Made by a program: the position numbers and the translations under genes. From an uncultured Candidatus Saccharibacteria bacterium (GTDB lineage: Bacteria > Patescibacteriota > Minisyncoccia > UBA6257 > GWB1-50-10), in the NCBI GenBank assembly GCA_964365955.1, contig CAYISA010000004.1, positions 2,939-66,938 of the forward strand: a DNA stretch of 64,000 bases, given 5' to 3'. Of the stretch, positions 31,502-41,540 are shown one piece after another. The notes below the pieces were generated by a model that was given only the letters and a program-made list of their open reading frames with translations, searched no databases and was not told the DNA's origin. Each line of letters starts with the position of its first letter. The first letter of the stretch is position 1.

Positions 31502-31521
31502 AGGTCAATAAAAATAATACT

Positions 31522-31887
31522 ATGGAAAAATTTAAAGATATCATCGAGAAGGTTGAGAAACTAACCGTGTTGGAGCTTGCGGAATTGGTGAAAGCGCTTG
31601 AGGAAAAATTCGGCGTGTCTGCGGCGGCTATGGCGGTTGCGGGTCCGGCGGCAGGCGGCGTAGCAGCGGAAGAAAAAACCGCTTACACAGTGGTTTTGAA
31701 GGCAGCTGGCGAGCAAAAAGTGAATGTTATAAAGATGGTGAAAGAAGTGACAGGTCTTGGACTTAAGGAGGCAAAAGACATCGTGGACGGAGCTCCTAAA
31801 AATGTGAAAGAGGGGTTGAAAAAAGAGGACGCCGAAGAAATAAAGAAAAAATTGGAAGCGGTAGGTGCGGTAGTGGAATTAGCGTAA
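31522..31887 (+). CDS. rplL: 50S ribosomal protein L7/L12
   Basis: 121 aa, N-terminal dimerisation helix, Ala/Gly hinge, C-terminal domain [20 protein letters not shown]... Confidence 0.9.
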   Translation: MEKFKDIIEKVEKLTVLELAELVKALEEKFGVSAAAMAVAGPAAGGVAAEEKTAYTVVLKAAGEQKVNVIKMVKEVTGLGLKEAKDIVDGAPKNVKEGLKKEDAEEIKKKLEAVGAVVELA

Positions 31888-31901
31888 GAAATAGGAGAAA
31901 A

Positions 31902-31933
31902 ACAGCACGGGTTGAATCCCGTGCTGTTTTTTG
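31902..31933 (+). terminator. Intrinsic terminator after rplL
   Basis: cagcacggg-ttgaat-cccgtgctg followed by tttttt. Confidence 0.75.
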
Positions 31934-31953
31934 TATACTGGGGTTGTAGAATG

Positions 31954-32025
31954 GGGCGCGTAGTTTAGTGGTAGAACGTTGCATTCACATTGCAAAGGTC
32001 GGAGGTTCGATCCCTCCCGCGCCCA
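31954..32025 (+). tRNA. tRNA-Val (anticodon CAC)
   Basis: Acceptor GGGCGCG/CGCGCCC, anticodon stem TTGCA/TGCAA with loop TTCACAT, T-loop GGTTCGATCC. CCA not encoded (ends ...A-CAAAA). Confidence 0.8.
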
Positions 32026-32029
32026 CAAA

Positions 32030-32617
32030 ATGAAAAAGCGGGTTTTTATTATTCATGGCTGGGAAGGATATCCGGAAGAAGCATGGTTTCCGTGGCTGAA
32101 ACATGAATTGGAGGAGAAAGAATTTGAAGTAGTTGTGCCGCAGATGCCGAATGCGGACGCCCCGAGCATCGACGTCTGGATTCCTTTTCTCCATACGGTG
32201 GTCGGTAAGTGCGATGCGAACACTTTTTTTGTCGGACACAGTATCGGGTGCCAGACAATTCTTCGGTATCTTGAAATACTTCCGCCGCAGGAGAAAATCG
32301 GGGGCGCAGTGCTCGTTGCGGGGTGGGTGAGTTTAACCCCGATCGCGACTCGTACACCGGAAGAGCAAACCATCACAAGACCATGGCTTGAAGCGCCGAT
32401 TGATTACGAAAAAATAAAGACGCACACGAAAAATTTTGTCGGGATCTTTTCGGACAATGATCCGTACGTCCCGCCCGAAAATCAAATCACATACCGGGAA
32501 AAGTTGAATGCCAGAATAGCGATCATTCCCGGCCGTGGTCACTTTAACGAAGAAAGCAACACAAAAGAGTTCCCGGATGTTCTTCACGCAATACTTGGGA
32601 TGGTAGGTGTAAAATAG
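32030..32617 (+). CDS. Alpha/beta-fold serine hydrolase (YdeN/RBBP9-like)
   Basis: GHSIG nucleophile-elbow motif. 195 aa. Track ORF 31979 start overlaps the tRNA, so the MKKRVFIIHGW Met is used. Confidence 0.55.
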   Translation: MKKRVFIIHGWEGYPEEAWFPWLKHELEEKEFEVVVPQMPNADAPSIDVWIPFLHTVVGKCDANTFFVGHSIGCQTILRYLEILPPQEKIGGAVLVAGWVSLTPIATRTPEEQTITRPWLEAPIDYEKIKTHTKNFVGIFSDNDPYVPPENQITYREKLNARIAIIPGRGHFNEESNTKEFPDVLHAILGMVGVK

Positions 32618-32654
32618 GGAAGTTCATAATTTGTTGATAACTTACTGTGTCTCA

Positions 32655-32687
32655 TAAAAACCCTCATGAATTTTGAGGGTTTTTTGT
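32655..32687 (+). terminator. Intrinsic terminator after the hydrolase gene
   Basis: aaaaccctca-tgaattt-tgagggtttttt. Confidence 0.7.
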
Positions 32688-32721
32688 TCTCGCAAATTTA
32701 TTTTTTAAATATCCACATGTT

Positions 32722-32790
32722 GAAGTGGGGAGGGATGTGGTATACTGGTGTTAAGAAGTGGGGAAATGTGGATAAGTATGTGGATAAACC
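32722..32790 (+). promoter_or_regulatory. Putative MraZ operator/promoter: five direct (A/T)GTGG(G/A) repeats flanking a TATACT -10 box
   Basis: GTGGGGA at 32725 and 32758, TGTGGTA at 32736, TGTGGATA at 32767 and 32779 (spacings about 10-12 and 21 bp), TATACT at 32741. About 30-95 bp upstream of mraZ. Confidence 0.5.
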
Positions 32791-32817
32791 TCATTTCGGG
32801 GGATAACTATAAAAAAT

Positions 32818-33249
32818 ATGTTGCTCGGCGAATTTAAACATAATGTGGATCCCAAAGGTCGCATTGCCGTACCCGCAAAATTTCGCGCTCTTTTTGAGAG
32901 TGGCGCGATTATTACGCGCGGTCTTGAACACTGTTTGTTTGTATTCGGGATGAAGGAATGGGAAACGTTAGTTCAGAAGATCACGGCTCTGCCGCTTGCG
33001 CAGGCAAATTCGCGCGCATTTTCGCGGCTAATGCTTTCCGGAGCCATGGACGTTCAATTGGATGTCCAAGGACGGATTCTTGTCCCACAGTATCTACGTG
33101 ATTATGCGGGGTTCAAGAAAAACGTGATTGTGGCCGGACTGTATAATCGCGCCGAGATCTGGGACGCGGAGCAGTGGGATAGTTACAAAACCAAGACGGA
33201 ATCGCAGTCGGATGATATTGCGGAGAAATTAGGGTCGCTCGGAATTTAG
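32818..33249 (+). CDS. mraZ: Transcriptional regulator MraZ
   Basis: Duplicated MraZ/SpoVT-AbrB-like halves, N-terminus MLLGEFKHNVDPKGRIAVPAKFR. Confidence 0.9.
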   Translation: MLLGEFKHNVDPKGRIAVPAKFRALFESGAIITRGLEHCLFVFGMKEWETLVQKITALPLAQANSRAFSRLMLSGAMDVQLDVQGRILVPQYLRDYAGFKKNVIVAGLYNRAEIWDAEQWDSYKTKTESQSDDIAEKLGSLGI

Positions 33250-33254
33250 TTGCG

Positions 33255-34145
33255 ATGGGGACCTGCATGCACATCCCCGTACTTTTAAAAGAAGTTCTTG
33301 CAGTTTTGGATCCACAACCGGGAGAATGTGTGGTTGATGGAACATTGGGCACTGGAGGACACGCACGGGCATTTATTAAACATGTCGGCAACGCGGATAA
33401 ATTTATCGGCATCGATTGGAATCCTAACGCAGTGAGAAAAGCGCAAAAAGAAATTCAGACGGACGGGGGAAAAATTGTGCAAGGAAATTACGCGGACATC
33501 CCGGACATTCTTATACGCGAAAAAATGGAGAAGCCGGACGTATTGCTTTTGGACCTGGGGCTTTCTTCCGACGAACTTGAAACATCGGGTCTAGGATTCA
33601 GCTTTCAAAAAGACGAACCACTCGATATGCGCTATGATCCCACATCAACGATGCCAACCGCCGCGGATGTGATCAATCAAATCGAAATGCCGGAGATGGA
33701 ACAGATCCTTCGCAAATATGGAGAAGAGCGCTATGCGGGCCGCATTGCAAGAGTCATTATCGAAACGCGGCGCAAGGCGCATATTGTACGGACGAGCGAG
33801 TTGGTGGCATGTGTGCGAAATGCCGTGCCAGGGTGGGGGCAGCATGTACGGCGCAATCCAGCCACTCGGACATTTCAAGCGCTCCGGATTTATGTAAACC
33901 ATGAATTGGAAAATCTGGAACGCTCGCTCGCATGGATTCCTGCAGTGATGCAAAAAGGAGGGCGCGTAGGCATCATCACGTTCCATTCTTTGGAAGATCG
34001 AATGGTAAAAAATTATTTCAGAAATTTTCAAAAAAATAAACTCGCGGAACTTCTTACAAAAAAACCGATTGTGCCTAGTAGAGAGGAGCAGCTAAAAAAT
34101 CCCCGCAGCCGATCGGCAAAACTTCGTGCGATAAAAATTATATAA
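33255..34145 (+). CDS. rsmH: 16S rRNA (cytosine1402-N4)-methyltransferase RsmH (MraW)
   Basis: HIPVLLKEVL...DGTLGTGGH, SAM-binding motifs, C-terminal FHSLEDR. Confidence 0.9.
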   Translation: MGTCMHIPVLLKEVLAVLDPQPGECVVDGTLGTGGHARAFIKHVGNADKFIGIDWNPNAVRKAQKEIQTDGGKIVQGNYADIPDILIREKMEKPDVLLLDLGLSSDELETSGLGFSFQKDEPLDMRYDPTSTMPTAADVINQIEMPEMEQILRKYGEERYAGRIARVIIETRRKAHIVRTSELVACVRNAVPGWGQHVRRNPATRTFQALRIYVNHELENLERSLAWIPAVMQKGGRVGIITFHSLEDRMVKNYFRNFQKNKLAELLTKKPIVPSREEQLKNPRSRSAKLRAIKII

Positions 34146-34163
34146 ACCATTTTTTAAAAATCC

Positions 34164-34475
34164 ATGACTATTATTAAACCCCATAAAAATCCTCATTTTC
34201 GCATTGTTTTTGTTGGCTTTTTTGTTGTCATGGCGCTTGGCGCTGGCTTTTATATCTTCGGGTACACCGCTCTTGCGAATCTAAAATTTCAGACGAGGGA
34301 ACTAAAAAAAGAACTCGAGACGCTGCGAGTAGAAAACGCGGATTTAGCTATGAGTGCGTCTTCCCTGCGCGACCCTCAAAAACTGCAAACTTTAGCAAAA
34401 GAAAAAGGCTTTACCCAAGAACGTCGTCCGGAATACCTTAGAGTGAACCAATGGCTTTCCGCTTCCTCTTTGTAA
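34164..34475 (+). CDS. FtsL/DivIC-like cell division protein
   Basis: 103 aa, single TM helix then a coiled coil, in the dcw position between rsmH and ftsI. Confidence 0.45.
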   Translation: MTIIKPHKNPHFRIVFVGFFVVMALGAGFYIFGYTALANLKFQTRELKKELETLRVENADLAMSASSLRDPQKLQTLAKEKGFTQERRPEYLRVNQWLSASSL

Positions 34476-36070
34476 CTTTCTTTTTCATCGCAGCCTATCT
34501 TGGATTGGGATATCAATTGTATTATCTCCAGATTGTGCATAGCGAGGATGCCGTACGGCGTGTAGCCGTGAAGGATTCGCTGGTGCAGGCGGAGGAACTG
34601 CGTCGTGGGCAGATTATTTTAGTCGATCGGGACGGGAACAATCTGATCACGGCCTATAATCGGGATTATCCGGAATTGTTTTTAGCACCGAACGAAATTA
34701 AGGACGCTAAACAGACAGCCGCCGCTCTCTCGCCGATTGTGGGGATGGGGGCGGATGAATTGGAAAAAATGATCGTAGCGGATCCCACCAGCTCGTTTCG
34801 CCCGCTTCTTCCGAAACCGACCGCCACACAAATAAACGCCATCCGGGATGCTGGCATAAAAGGAGTTCATATTAAATTTAGACAGTATCGTACATATCCG
34901 TTTGGGAAATCCGCTTCTCATGTAGTCGGATTTGCGGGATTAAACGCGGATGCGGCGATTCCAAAAGGCCTCTATGGTCTTGAGAAACTGAAAAATACTG
35001 AACTCACCCGCGGAGAACAGATTCGGCTTACGATCGACCGCAATCTTCAGGTGCACGTAGAGCAAATCCTGGCTGCGCTTATGAAGGATCACGAAGCGGC
35101 CGGAGGTACGATTATGATTACCGATCCGATGACGGGAAAAATTATGGCGCTTGCAAACGCTCCCGACTTTGATCCAAATCTATACAAAGATTATCCCGTA
35201 AAAAACTTTTTAAACCCGGCGGTGCAGTTGCAATACGAACCGGGTTCCGTATTCAAACCGCTCACGATGGCGGCTGGTATTGATTCAGGGGCTTTTACTC
35301 CCGACACCACATTTGTGGACACTGGTTTTGTTACGCTCAATGGAAAGACGATCACGAACTGGGATAAGAACGCGTATGGGAAAATTACGATGACAAATGT
35401 TATCGAGCACTCCGTTAACACCGGTGCCGTGTTTGCCGAACAAAAAATCGGCAATCAAACGTTTTATGAATATTTAACGCGTTTCGGGTTAGGGCAGGCA
35501 ACTGGAATGGATCTTCCAGATGAAATCAACGGAAGTCTGCGGAATTTGGAAAATAAAAATGCGCGGCAGATCGATTTTGCGACCGCTTCGTACGGGCAGG
35601 GCACGGCGGTCACGCCCGTACAGTTAGTGGCGGCATTCGGAGCACTCGCAAACGGCGGCGTGTTGATGCGCCCCTATGTGATCGAAGATACAAAACCAAA
35701 AATGATTCGCCGCGTGATATCGGAAGATACGGCGAAAAAAGTAGTAGGGATGATGGAATCCGCCGTTGAGATAAACCGCATGGCGGCAATCCCTGGCTAT
35801 CGTATTGCGGGGAAAACAGGAACCGCATTCGTACCCGATTTGATCCGCGGGGGGTATTATAACGATCAGTTTATTCATACGTTCATTGGATTCGGGCCGG
35901 TCAGCAATCCAAAATTTTTGATTTATATGAAGCTGGAACGTCCGCAGATCGGTGACTTAGCGGGTCGGACCGTTGTTCCGGTGTTTCGCGATGTGGCAGA
36001 GTTCGTTTTGAATTACTACTCCATTCCGCCGGATAAACTCGCGACCTCTACGACTCCGAAAATTCCGTAA
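34451..36070 (+). CDS. ftsI: Penicillin-binding protein (class B transpeptidase, FtsI/PBP2 family)
   Basis: N-terminal TM, dimerisation domain, transpeptidase motifs (SxxK ...SVFK..., SxN ...SVN..., KTG ...KTGTA). Confidence 0.8.
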   Translation: MAFRFLFVTFFFIAAYLGLGYQLYYLQIVHSEDAVRRVAVKDSLVQAEELRRGQIILVDRDGNNLITAYNRDYPELFLAPNEIKDAKQTAAALSPIVGMGADELEKMIVADPTSSFRPLLPKPTATQINAIRDAGIKGVHIKFRQYRTYPFGKSASHVVGFAGLNADAAIPKGLYGLEKLKNTELTRGEQIRLTIDRNLQVHVEQILAALMKDHEAAGGTIMITDPMTGKIMALANAPDFDPNLYKDYPVKNFLNPAVQLQYEPGSVFKPLTMAAGIDSGAFTPDTTFVDTGFVTLNGKTITNWDKNAYGKITMTNVIEHSVNTGAVFAEQKIGNQTFYEYLTRFGLGQATGMDLPDEINGSLRNLENKNARQIDFATASYGQGTAVTPVQLVAAFGALANGGVLMRPYVIEDTKPKMIRRVISEDTAKKVVGMMESAVEINRMAAIPGYRIAGKTGTAFVPDLIRGGYYNDQFIHTFIGFGPVSNPKFLIYMKLERPQIGDLAGRTVVPVFRDVAEFVLNYYSIPPDKLATSTTPKIP

Positions 36071-36073
36071 CCC

Positions 36074-37378
36074 ATGAAATCACTCGCACTAAAATTATTG
36101 ATGGGAATTTTGCGTCTGCTCGCGAAGATGACGGTTTTTAAGTACAAGCCGGAGATGATCGGCGTTACTGGTACGGTGGGGAAAACGTCCGCGAAACTCG
36201 CTATCGGTGCGGCGCTTCGGAACGGGAAGCGGGTGAGGGCATCGGCGAAGAGTTATAATAACGAGCTCGGGTTGCCGCTCACCATTTTGGGGGATTGGGA
36301 ATCAACGGAAGGGCCATGGTTCTGGCCTCGCGTTGTCATTTCTTCCTTGTGGCGGCTCATCGTGAGATCAAAAAACTATCCGCATTGTATTGTGTTGGAG
36401 TACGGGATCGATCGACCCGGAGATATGCGCAAATTGCTTTCGATTGCGCGCCCCGCAGTGGGCGTCTTGACCGCCATGGGATCCACGCCTGTGCATATCG
36501 AATTCTTTTCGGGGCCTGACGCTGTTTTACGCGAAAAGGCGAAATTGATTGCCCAGTTACCCGCCACGGGTTTTGCGATTTTGAATGCCGATAACAAAGC
36601 GGTCATGAGCGTAAAAAACCAGACGCGCGCTCAAGTTGTTACGTTTGGATTCACAGAAGGAGCGGACGTCAAGATCACGACGTTTGCACAGGCAGTTATC
36701 GGAAACAGCGCGGAAGTTTCGTTTAAGTTACTACACGCAGGGAGTTTTGTTCCTATCAAACTAGAAGGTGTTTTGGGGCGTACACAGGCGTATGCCGCCG
36801 CGGCGGCCGCAGCCGTGGGACTCGCCTCGGGAATCAATCTTGTGACGATTGCGGAGTCGTTTAAATTTTATCACGCGCCGAATGGGCGCTTGAAAGTGGT
36901 AAAAGGCATAAAAGGAACGCTAATCATTGACGATACCTATAACGCATCGCCTATCGCTGTTTCGGAGGCACTTTATACAATCAAGGGGTTAAAACCAAAA
37001 CGCGCAATCGCGGTCTTGGGGGATATGCTGGAACTTGGAAAATACACGCTGGAGGAGCACGAAACAATCGGACGCTTTGCCGCAAAAACCGTAAACATCC
37101 TTTTAACGGTAGGTTTGCGCGGGAAGTTCATGGCGGAAGCGGCGCTCCGCGCCGGTTTCCCGCGGCGTTCCGTTTTTTCGTTTATGAATGTCGTGGAGGC
37201 GGGAATGTTTCTACAGAATAAAATTCAAAAAGGAGACGTGATTCTAATTAAGGGTTCACAGGGAGTTCGGCTCGAGAAAGTGGTAAAAGAAATCATGGCG
37301 GAGCCACTTGAGGCACAGAGGCTTTTGGTGCGGCAAAGCAAAGTGTGGGATGCCAAACCGGGATTATATGATATTTAG
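36074..37378 (+). CDS. murF: UDP-MurNAc-pentapeptide synthetase (MurF-type Mur ligase)
   Basis: Mur ligase P-loop GVTGTVGKTS, MurF-like NNELGLPLTIL motif. 434 aa. Confidence 0.65.
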   Translation: MKSLALKLLMGILRLLAKMTVFKYKPEMIGVTGTVGKTSAKLAIGAALRNGKRVRASAKSYNNELGLPLTILGDWESTEGPWFWPRVVISSLWRLIVRSKNYPHCIVLEYGIDRPGDMRKLLSIARPAVGVLTAMGSTPVHIEFFSGPDAVLREKAKLIAQLPATGFAILNADNKAVMSVKNQTRAQVVTFGFTEGADVKITTFAQAVIGNSAEVSFKLLHAGSFVPIKLEGVLGRTQAYAAAAAAAVGLASGINLVTIAESFKFYHAPNGRLKVVKGIKGTLIIDDTYNASPIAVSEALYTIKGLKPKRAIAVLGDMLELGKYTLEEHETIGRFAAKTVNILLTVGLRGKFMAEAALRAGFPRRSVFSFMNVVEAGMFLQNKIQKGDVILIKGSQGVRLEKVVKEIMAEPLEAQRLLVRQSKVWDAKPGLYDI

Positions 37379-37422
37379 TTGACGATTCAGAATTTAGGGC
37401 TTATCGTTTAAGCGTTTTCTAT

Positions 37423-37495
37423 AGCCTCATCGTCTAATGGTTCAGGACGGCGCCCTCTCACGGCGTAAATGGGAGTTCGATTCTCCCTGGGGCTA
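37423..37495 (+). tRNA. tRNA-Glu (anticodon CUC)
   Basis: Acceptor AGCCTCA/TGGGGCT (one G-U), anticodon stem GCGCC/GGCGT with loop CTCTCAC, T-arm GGGAGTTCGATTCTCCC. CCA not encoded. Confidence 0.7.
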
Positions 37496-37570
37496 CAATG
37501 GATTTACATGTTTATAGAAGCAACATTTAAAAGTGAGATTGATTTTGAGTTTTTATGATATAATAAAACA

Positions 37571-38188
37571 ATGAATGACCTTGAAGTTTTTAAAGAGGAG
37601 GAAAAACAAGTGATCCCCATTCATGAAGGAGAAGGTCGGAAAAAATTGTCTATAGACCAATCACCTGTTGGTTTTCATGATGACCAAGAGGACGAAATAA
37701 AAGACCTCAAAGACAAGGAAGAAGAAGTTTTAAAACGAAACGGAAAAGAAAGTATAAAATCAAAAGGTGCCGCTTGGGTAGAGGGAGCACCGAATCTCCC
37801 GGGTGCTTTTTATCCGCAGGATGGAGAAACGGAAAAAATTGTGGATCCTGACACGGAAGATATAGAAAATAAACTCGCAGAAAGCATTGACGATCCTGAT
37901 GCATGGATGGACGAAATGAGCGACAAGGAGTGGGAGATATACATGAATCATGGAAGTGAAGAAGAAAGTTTGGACTATATTCGCTCGCGCGCACCAAGTC
38001 CATTGCCACAAGAAGTGCAGGATATTTTAAAGGAAAATAGACTTCCGAGGAAACTTTGGGATTCGATGACAGACGATCAGAAACGCGCGTGGAAGAAAAA
38101 AATTCAAGAGGACATCCAAAATTTGTATCTGAAAAAGCCGGTGAATATGGTTCACCGAAAAAAGAAGGAAAAAACGGAGAATTTATAA
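37571..38188 (+). CDS. Hypothetical highly acidic protein
   Basis: 205 aa, Asp/Glu-rich, basic C-terminus. TATAAT at 37556. No domain recognised. Confidence 0.4.
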   Translation: MNDLEVFKEEEKQVIPIHEGEGRKKLSIDQSPVGFHDDQEDEIKDLKDKEEEVLKRNGKESIKSKGAAWVEGAPNLPGAFYPQDGETEKIVDPDTEDIENKLAESIDDPDAWMDEMSDKEWEIYMNHGSEEESLDYIRSRAPSPLPQEVQDILKENRLPRKLWDSMTDDQKRAWKKKIQEDIQNLYLKKPVNMVHRKKKEKTENL

Positions 38189-38296
38189 GGCGAAAATAGG
38201 CTCAAAAACAAGGATTTTCGCTTGTTTTTCACCTCTTTCTTTGGTATACTTTAAAGTGCCCAAAGAAAGGGGTTTTTTGTTGGAAAATAAGCGTTT

Positions 38297-40219
38297 ATGG
38301 CATCAGAAAAAGCGAAAAAAACATCATCCTATAGTGCCAAAGACATCTACGTTTTAGAAGGTCTTGAACCCGTGCGGAAGCGTCCGGGAATGTATATTGG
38401 GACCACTGGGACCGATGGCTTGCACCATTTGATTTGGGAGATTGTTGACAACTCTATCGACGAGGCGATGGCGGGTTTCGCAAAAAACATTAAAATCGAG
38501 CTTCTGCCCGACAATAAAGTGATGGTGACGGACGATGGTCGCGGTATTCCGGTAGACATTCACGCAAAAACAAAAAAGTCAGCGCTTGAGACCGCGCTCT
38601 GCACGCTCCACGCCGGTGGAAAGTTCGGCGGAGAGTCCTATAAAGTATCGGGTGGTTTGCACGGCGTGGGAGTTTCGGTTGTAAACGCGCTTTCCAAATG
38701 GATGAAAGCGGAGGTTTGGAAAGATGGCGGCGTCTATGTGCAGGAATATAAGCGTGGCATTCCACAGTACAGCGTTAAAAAAATCGGTAAAACCGATAAA
38801 ACAGGAACCATTATTACGTTCCAACCCGACGAAGAAATTTTCTCCACGATCGAGTTTGACCTGAAAAAGATTTTGGAGCATAACCGCCAACAGGCCTATT
38901 TGACGAAAGGAGTGCGGTTGGAGTTGGTGGATGCGCGGAAAGGTAGCCCCGCATTTTTTGGTTTTTATTTTGAAGGGGGCCTGGGATCATACTTAAAATA
39001 TCTTGTGGGAACAGAAAAAGCACTCCATGATCGGCATTTTTACGTTCATAAAGAAAATGACAATGTGGATGTGGAAGCGGCGCTGTTGTATGTGAATGAT
39101 GTGGAGCCGGAAGAAAAAAGTTTTGCGAACAATATTTATACGCCGGATGGAGGGACGCATCTTACGGGTTTTCGCACTGCGCTTACTCGAACTTTGAATG
39201 ATTACGCTCGGAAAGAGGGATACATAAAAGAATCGGAAGAAAATTTAACCGGTGAGGACGTGCGCGAGGGCCTAGTTGCGGCAGTTTCCATTAAAATTCG
39301 GGAGCCGCAGTTCGAGGGGCAGACCAAGGCACGCCTGGGGAATCCGAATGCCCGTACGGCAGTGGACGCAGTAGTGTCCGAGGCGCTCAAGGAATTTTTG
39401 GAACGCTACGGAACCGACGCGCGCGGAATTATCGAAAAAAATCTTTTAGCCGCGAAAGCGCGTAAAGCCGCAAAAGCGGCAAAAGACACCGTGTTGCGGA
39501 AAGGCGCGCTTGAAGGACTGACACTGCCCGGCAAGTTAGCGGACTGTAGCTCCCGGAGTGCGGAAGATTCGGAGCTTTTTATCGTAGAGGGTGACTCCGC
39601 AGGAGGTTCGGCAAAGCAGGGCCGCGACCGCCGTTTTCAGGCGATTTTACCCCTCAAAGGGAAAATCTTAAATGTTGAAAAAGCGCGCATTGATAAGATG
39701 CTGTTGAATAAAGAGATCAAGTCGTTAGTCATCGCCCTTGGCACGGCCATTTCGGACAGTTTTGATATCAGCAAACTCCGTTATCATAAGATTATCTTGA
39801 TGACTGATGCCGACGTAGACGGAGCCCATATCCGCACTCTCCTTTTAACACTTTTTTACCGCTACTTCCCGCAGATTATCGAGAATGGGCACTTATGCAT
39901 TGCCCAGCCGCCCTTGTTTCGTCTACAAAAAGGGAAAGAGATTCATTATGCATATTCGGAGGGGGAAAAGGAAAAGCTACTGAAAGCGATGGGAACACAG
40001 AGCGTAGGGGTCCAGCGTTACAAAGGTTTGGGAGAGATGAATCCGACACAGTTGTGGGAAACAACATTGAATCCGGAAGTCCGCGTTTTAAAGAGAGTGG
40101 AAGTGGGGGATGCGGTTGCTGCGGATAAACTCTTCGATATTTTGATGGGAGAAGTGGTGGAACCGCGCAAAAACTTCATCCAGTCGCATGCCATGAGTGT
40201 CAAAAATCTTGACATTTAA
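38297..40219 (+). CDS. gyrB: DNA gyrase subunit B (type IIA topoisomerase ATPase subunit)
   Basis: GHKL ATPase motifs (...EIVDNSIDEA..., ...GLHGVG...), TOPRIM (EGDSAGG), C-terminal GyrB tail. 640 aa. ParE cannot be fully excluded. Confidence 0.75.
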   Translation: MASEKAKKTSSYSAKDIYVLEGLEPVRKRPGMYIGTTGTDGLHHLIWEIVDNSIDEAMAGFAKNIKIELLPDNKVMVTDDGRGIPVDIHAKTKKSALETALCTLHAGGKFGGESYKVSGGLHGVGVSVVNALSKWMKAEVWKDGGVYVQEYKRGIPQYSVKKIGKTDKTGTIITFQPDEEIFSTIEFDLKKILEHNRQQAYLTKGVRLELVDARKGSPAFFGFYFEGGLGSYLKYLVGTEKALHDRHFYVHKENDNVDVEAALLYVNDVEPEEKSFANNIYTPDGGTHLTGFRTALTRTLNDYARKEGYIKESEENLTGEDVREGLVAAVSIKIREPQFEGQTKARLGNPNARTAVDAVVSEALKEFLERYGTDARGIIEKNLLAAKARKAAKAAKDTVLRKGALEGLTLPGKLADCSSRSAEDSELFIVEGDSAGGSAKQGRDRRFQAILPLKGKILNVEKARIDKMLLNKEIKSLVIALGTAISDSFDISKLRYHKIILMTDADVDGAHIRTLLLTLFYRYFPQIIENGHLCIAQPPLFRLQKGKEIHYAYSEGEKEKLLKAMGTQSVGVQRYKGLGEMNPTQLWETTLNPEVRVLKRVEVGDAVAADKLFDILMGEVVEPRKNFIQSHAMSVKNLDI

Positions 40220-40253
40220 GTCACTTCCCCTTATTCTCTAATGAATTGAACGT

Positions 40254-40445
40254 ATGATGGAACGCTTAAAGAAATTTTTTGAGGAATCACGCCAGGAACT
40301 GAAGCGCGTGAATTGGCCAACCCGCGAACAGACGATCCGTTACACCATGTTCGTGATCGGGCTTTCGCTCGGGCTTTCGGCATTTTTGGGCGTTATTGAT
40401 TTCGGGTTTTTACAGGGACTAAAAGCAATTCTGCCGATTTATTAA
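40254..40445 (+). CDS. secE: Preprotein translocase subunit SecE
   Basis: 63 aa, basic N-terminus, RVNWPTREQ motif, single C-terminal TM, directly upstream of nusG. Confidence 0.75.
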   Translation: MMERLKKFFEESRQELKRVNWPTREQTIRYTMFVIGLSLGLSAFLGVIDFGFLQGLKAILPIY

Positions 40446-40454
40446 CGTTGTAGT

Positions 40455-41030
40455 ATGACAGAGGCAAAAAAAGAACAAAAACAAATTAAGGAGGCACCAA
40501 AAAGCGAACGCCGCTGGTATGCAATCCATACGTATTCAGGGTATGAAGACGCGGTGGAGCGTTATCTGAAGCAGCGGGTGGCATCACTGATGATGAGCGA
40601 TAAAATTTTCAATGTGGTTGTTCCGAAAGAAGTGAAAATTCGCGTGAAAGGCGGAAAGCGGCACACGATGGAAGAAAAGATTTACCCCGGGTACGTGTTG
40701 GTGGATATGGTGATGGATCACGATTCATGGTCGGTGGTGCGGAACACGCCGCGCGTAACCGGCTTTGTGGGCGCCGACAGTTCTGTCCCTACGCCGCTTT
40801 CGCAGGAAGAGATTGATTCTTTATTGGTTAGAATGGGACAGCGCGAGACGAAGTTCAAGGTGGATTTGCGCTTGAACGAGCTGGTGCGGATTGCGGATGG
40901 GCCGTTCAAGGATCAAGAAGGAAGGGTTTCGGAAGTGGACGAAGAACACGGTAAGGTGAAGGTAATGGTCCCCATCTTCGGTCGCGATACTATTTTGGAA
41001 CTTGACTCGTTGCAGGTAAGAAAGATATAA
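40455..41030 (+). CDS. nusG: Transcription termination/antitermination factor NusG
   Basis: NGN domain (RWYAIHTYSGYE) and C-terminal KOW (...FKDQEGRVSEVD...). Confidence 0.85.
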   Translation: MTEAKKEQKQIKEAPKSERRWYAIHTYSGYEDAVERYLKQRVASLMMSDKIFNVVVPKEVKIRVKGGKRHTMEEKIYPGYVLVDMVMDHDSWSVVRNTPRVTGFVGADSSVPTPLSQEEIDSLLVRMGQRETKFKVDLRLNELVRIADGPFKDQEGRVSEVDEEHGKVKVMVPIFGRDTILELDSLQVRKI

Positions 41031-41040
41031 CTAACCATCT

Positions 41041-41466
41041 ATGGCAAAACCCATCAAAACAACTTTGAAATTGCAGATTGAGGCAGGGAAAGCAAATCCG
41101 GCGCCGCCGATCGGTCCTGCGCTCGGTCAGCACGGAGTGAACATTCAGCAATTTTGTCAGCAGTTCAATGAGGCGACAAAAGAAATGCACGGCGATGTGG
41201 TGCCGGCGGAGATTACGATTTATGAGGATCGTAGTTTTACATTCAAATTAAAGACTCCACCCGCCTCCGCTCTTCTGAAGAAGGCGGCAGGCATCGAGAA
41301 GGGCGCGGCAACGCCCGGGACGGTAAAGGTAGGCAAGGTGAGCCGGGCGGACTTACGAAAAATCGCGGAGAGAAAGATGGAGGATCTGAATACTACGGAC
41401 GTAGATGCGGCTATGAAAATCATCGCGGGTACGGCAAAAAACATGGGAATTGAGATCGTCGATTAA
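41041..41466 (+). CDS. rplK: 50S ribosomal protein L11
   Basis: 141 aa, ...[22 protein letters not shown]... L11 signature. Confidence 0.9.
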   Translation: MAKPIKTTLKLQIEAGKANPAPPIGPALGQHGVNIQQFCQQFNEATKEMHGDVVPAEITIYEDRSFTFKLKTPPASALLKKAAGIEKGAATPGTVKVGKVSRADLRKIAERKMEDLNTTDVDAAMKIIAGTAKNMGIEIVD

Positions 41467-41540
41467 AGGATTTGACTTCAAGAAGACGGGCTGGAATAAT
41501 CATTTCAGCTCGTTTTTTATTACAATAAAGGGGAAAAAAG

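Noticed and set aside
31979-32617. Track start of the hydrolase ORF at 31979
   Set aside because: The first 17 codons overlap tRNA-Val. The real start is the ATG at 32030 (MKKRVFIIHGW).
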